From Macrostomum lignano (taxonomy: Eukaryota), in the NCBI GenBank assembly GCA_002269645.1, contig NIVC01003542.1, forward strand, positions 1 to 64,000: DNA of 64,000 nucleotides. The letters are read 5' to 3'. The position numbers and the translations under genes are program-made. The notes under the pieces were generated by a model. It was not told the DNA's origin. It saw only the letters and a program-made list of their open reading frames with translations, and made no database searches. The number at the start of each line of letters is the position of its first letter. The first letter of the stretch is position 1. Shown here in pieces: positions 62,432 through 64,000 of the stretch.

Positions 62432-62890
62432 CCTAGAAACAGAGTCCCTAGAGAGAGTGCCTAGAGAGAGTGTCTAGACAGAGTGCCTAGACAGAGTGCC
62501 TAGACACAGAGTCCCTAGAGAGAGTGCCTAGAGAGAGTGCCTAGACAGAGTGCCCAAACACAGAGTGCCTAGAGAGAGTGCCTAGAGAGAGTGTCTAGAC
62601 AGAGTGCCAGACACAGAGTGCCCAGAAACAGAGTGCCTAGACAGAGTGCCTAGAGAGAGTGTCTAGACAGAGTGCCCAAACACAGAGTGCCTAGAGAGAG
62701 TGCCTAGAGAGAGTGTCTAGACAGAGTGCCCAGACACAGAGTACCCAGACACAGAGTGCCTAGAGAGAGTGCCTAGAGAGAGTGTCTAGACAGAGAGTGC
62801 CTAGACAGAGTGCCTAGACACAGAGTCCCTAGAGAGAGTGCCTAGATAGAAGGCCTAGACACAGAGTGCCCAGACACAGAGTGCCCAGAC
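62432..62890. repeat. Degenerate ~12-14-bp tandem repeat
   Basis: AGAGTGCCTAG(AG/AC/ACAC) units. Confidence 0.9.
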
Positions 62891-62893
62891 AAA

Positions 62894-63017
62894 ATGCCCA
62901 GCGGAATGCGCCGGTACAGATCAACGGACAGTCTGCGCAGGTCGCTGACTTCGCTCTACCAGAGATTCTCGGGCTCCAGCTTAACATTGGACAGCTCGTT
63001 TTGCAAGCGGCATTTCA
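62894..63017 (+). CDS. Candidate alternative first coding exon
   Basis: ATG 62894 gives MPSGMRRYRSTDSLRRSLTSLYQRFSGSSLTLDSSFCKRHF, ending at a strong donor a|GTGAGT. Confidence 0.35.
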
Positions 63018-63754
63018 GTGAGTCTGACTCAGTGGCCTGATGGATTGCACTGAAGCTCCAACTTGGGTGCTGCCAATATAAAATTTCAGCACGGGAAAAC
63101 CAACAGCTTTCAGTCTCACAGCTTTGTCCTGACAGGATTATACAGTCCATCAGTCAGTCCTTTTTCCCTCTCAAAGTCTGCCAGAAACCCAATATTTTAT
63201 CCACTAACCCTTAATTCTCTCATTTCTCCCGCTCTCACATGCTTCCCAAGCTGCCTGTCATTAAATATTTAACAAATATATATTTGCCAATGTCGCACCT
63301 CACAGCTATCCTATGCCCATCCGAGCGTGTTGGCCTTCCATCTCCCACTGCCGCACTCAAGGGTTACTGATGCTTCTAACAGATCCGAATCTATTTGCCA
63401 ATCTTTCTATTTTGTGTAGTCATTTTCTCTGCACAGGGTTTTCATTGTATTGACCCTGTATTTGGGTTTGTACACCTATACCTGATGTGTTTTTTAATCC
63501 AAGCAATAGAAATCAGGTATAAGCTGCGCCCTTCACTGCGCCCTGTTTTTTGGATTAGACCAAGGATTCGGCAAAAGAGAACGATAATAGAGAAGAGAGA
63601 AGAGAGAAGAGAGATAGGAAAAGGGTGAGGTGAGGGGCGACAGGCGAGGCGAGACAAAAAGTCAGGAGAAAGGGGAAAGGAGAGAGGAGAGAAAAGAAGA
63701 AGAGAGGAGCGGGGAGAGTAGAGAAAAAGAGAGAGGAGATTAGTGAGAATAGAG

Positions 63755-63888
63755 GGGAAATTCTCTGAGAAGGGAAATTCTCTAAGAAGGGGTATTCTCT
63801 GAAAGGGGAATTCTCTAAGAAGGGGTATTCTCTGAAAGGGGAATTCTCTGAGAAGGGAAATTCTCTGAGAAGGGGAATTCTCTGAGAA
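63755..63888. repeat. Short tandem repeat, ~21-bp unit
   Basis: GAAGGG(G)AATTCTCT(G/A)A units. Confidence 0.8.
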
Positions 63889-64000
63889 GAAGAAATGTCG
63901 ATCCAAATGAGACATTTGAAGTTCGAACAAGAAAAAACTGATTATTAGTATAAAATAATCCCATCAAAAAAAATTCGCACTTTTAGAAGGCCCACTCTCT

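Overview
Eukaryotic (metazoan) genomic DNA. GC-rich exons are split by GT-AG introns, and roughly 18 kb (~28%, hand estimate) is mini/microsatellite, mostly intronic. This architecture suggests a flatworm such as Macrostomum (inference only). Host genes on the + strand: a 2-exon branched-chain aminotransferase (BCAT, 4781-7380); a 7-exon CEP128-like coiled-coil centriolar protein (10724-17639, with two apparent 1-nt frameshifts); a solitary histone H2A.X (SQEF tail) with a histone 3' stem-loop (21506-22015); and the 5' part of a PATJ/MPDZ multi-PDZ polarity gene (PDZ exons 45.1-58.4 kb, continuing beyond the window). Mobile DNA: two defective mariner elements with TIRs and TA target duplications, a foldback/MULE-like element, several MITE-like inverted repeats, and six copies of a tRNA-derived CORE-like SINE. 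The most unusual observations are: (i) two minisatellite arrays whose 17-bp unit is exactly the first 17 nt of the SINE, arranged as a large inverted pair inside a PATJ intron; (ii) two degenerate antisense histone stem-loops upstream of H2A.X with no histone ORF attached; (iii) minisatellites that begin or end exactly at splice junctions. There are no prokaryotic features, CRISPR arrays or rRNA. All calls are from manual reading; no database searches were run.
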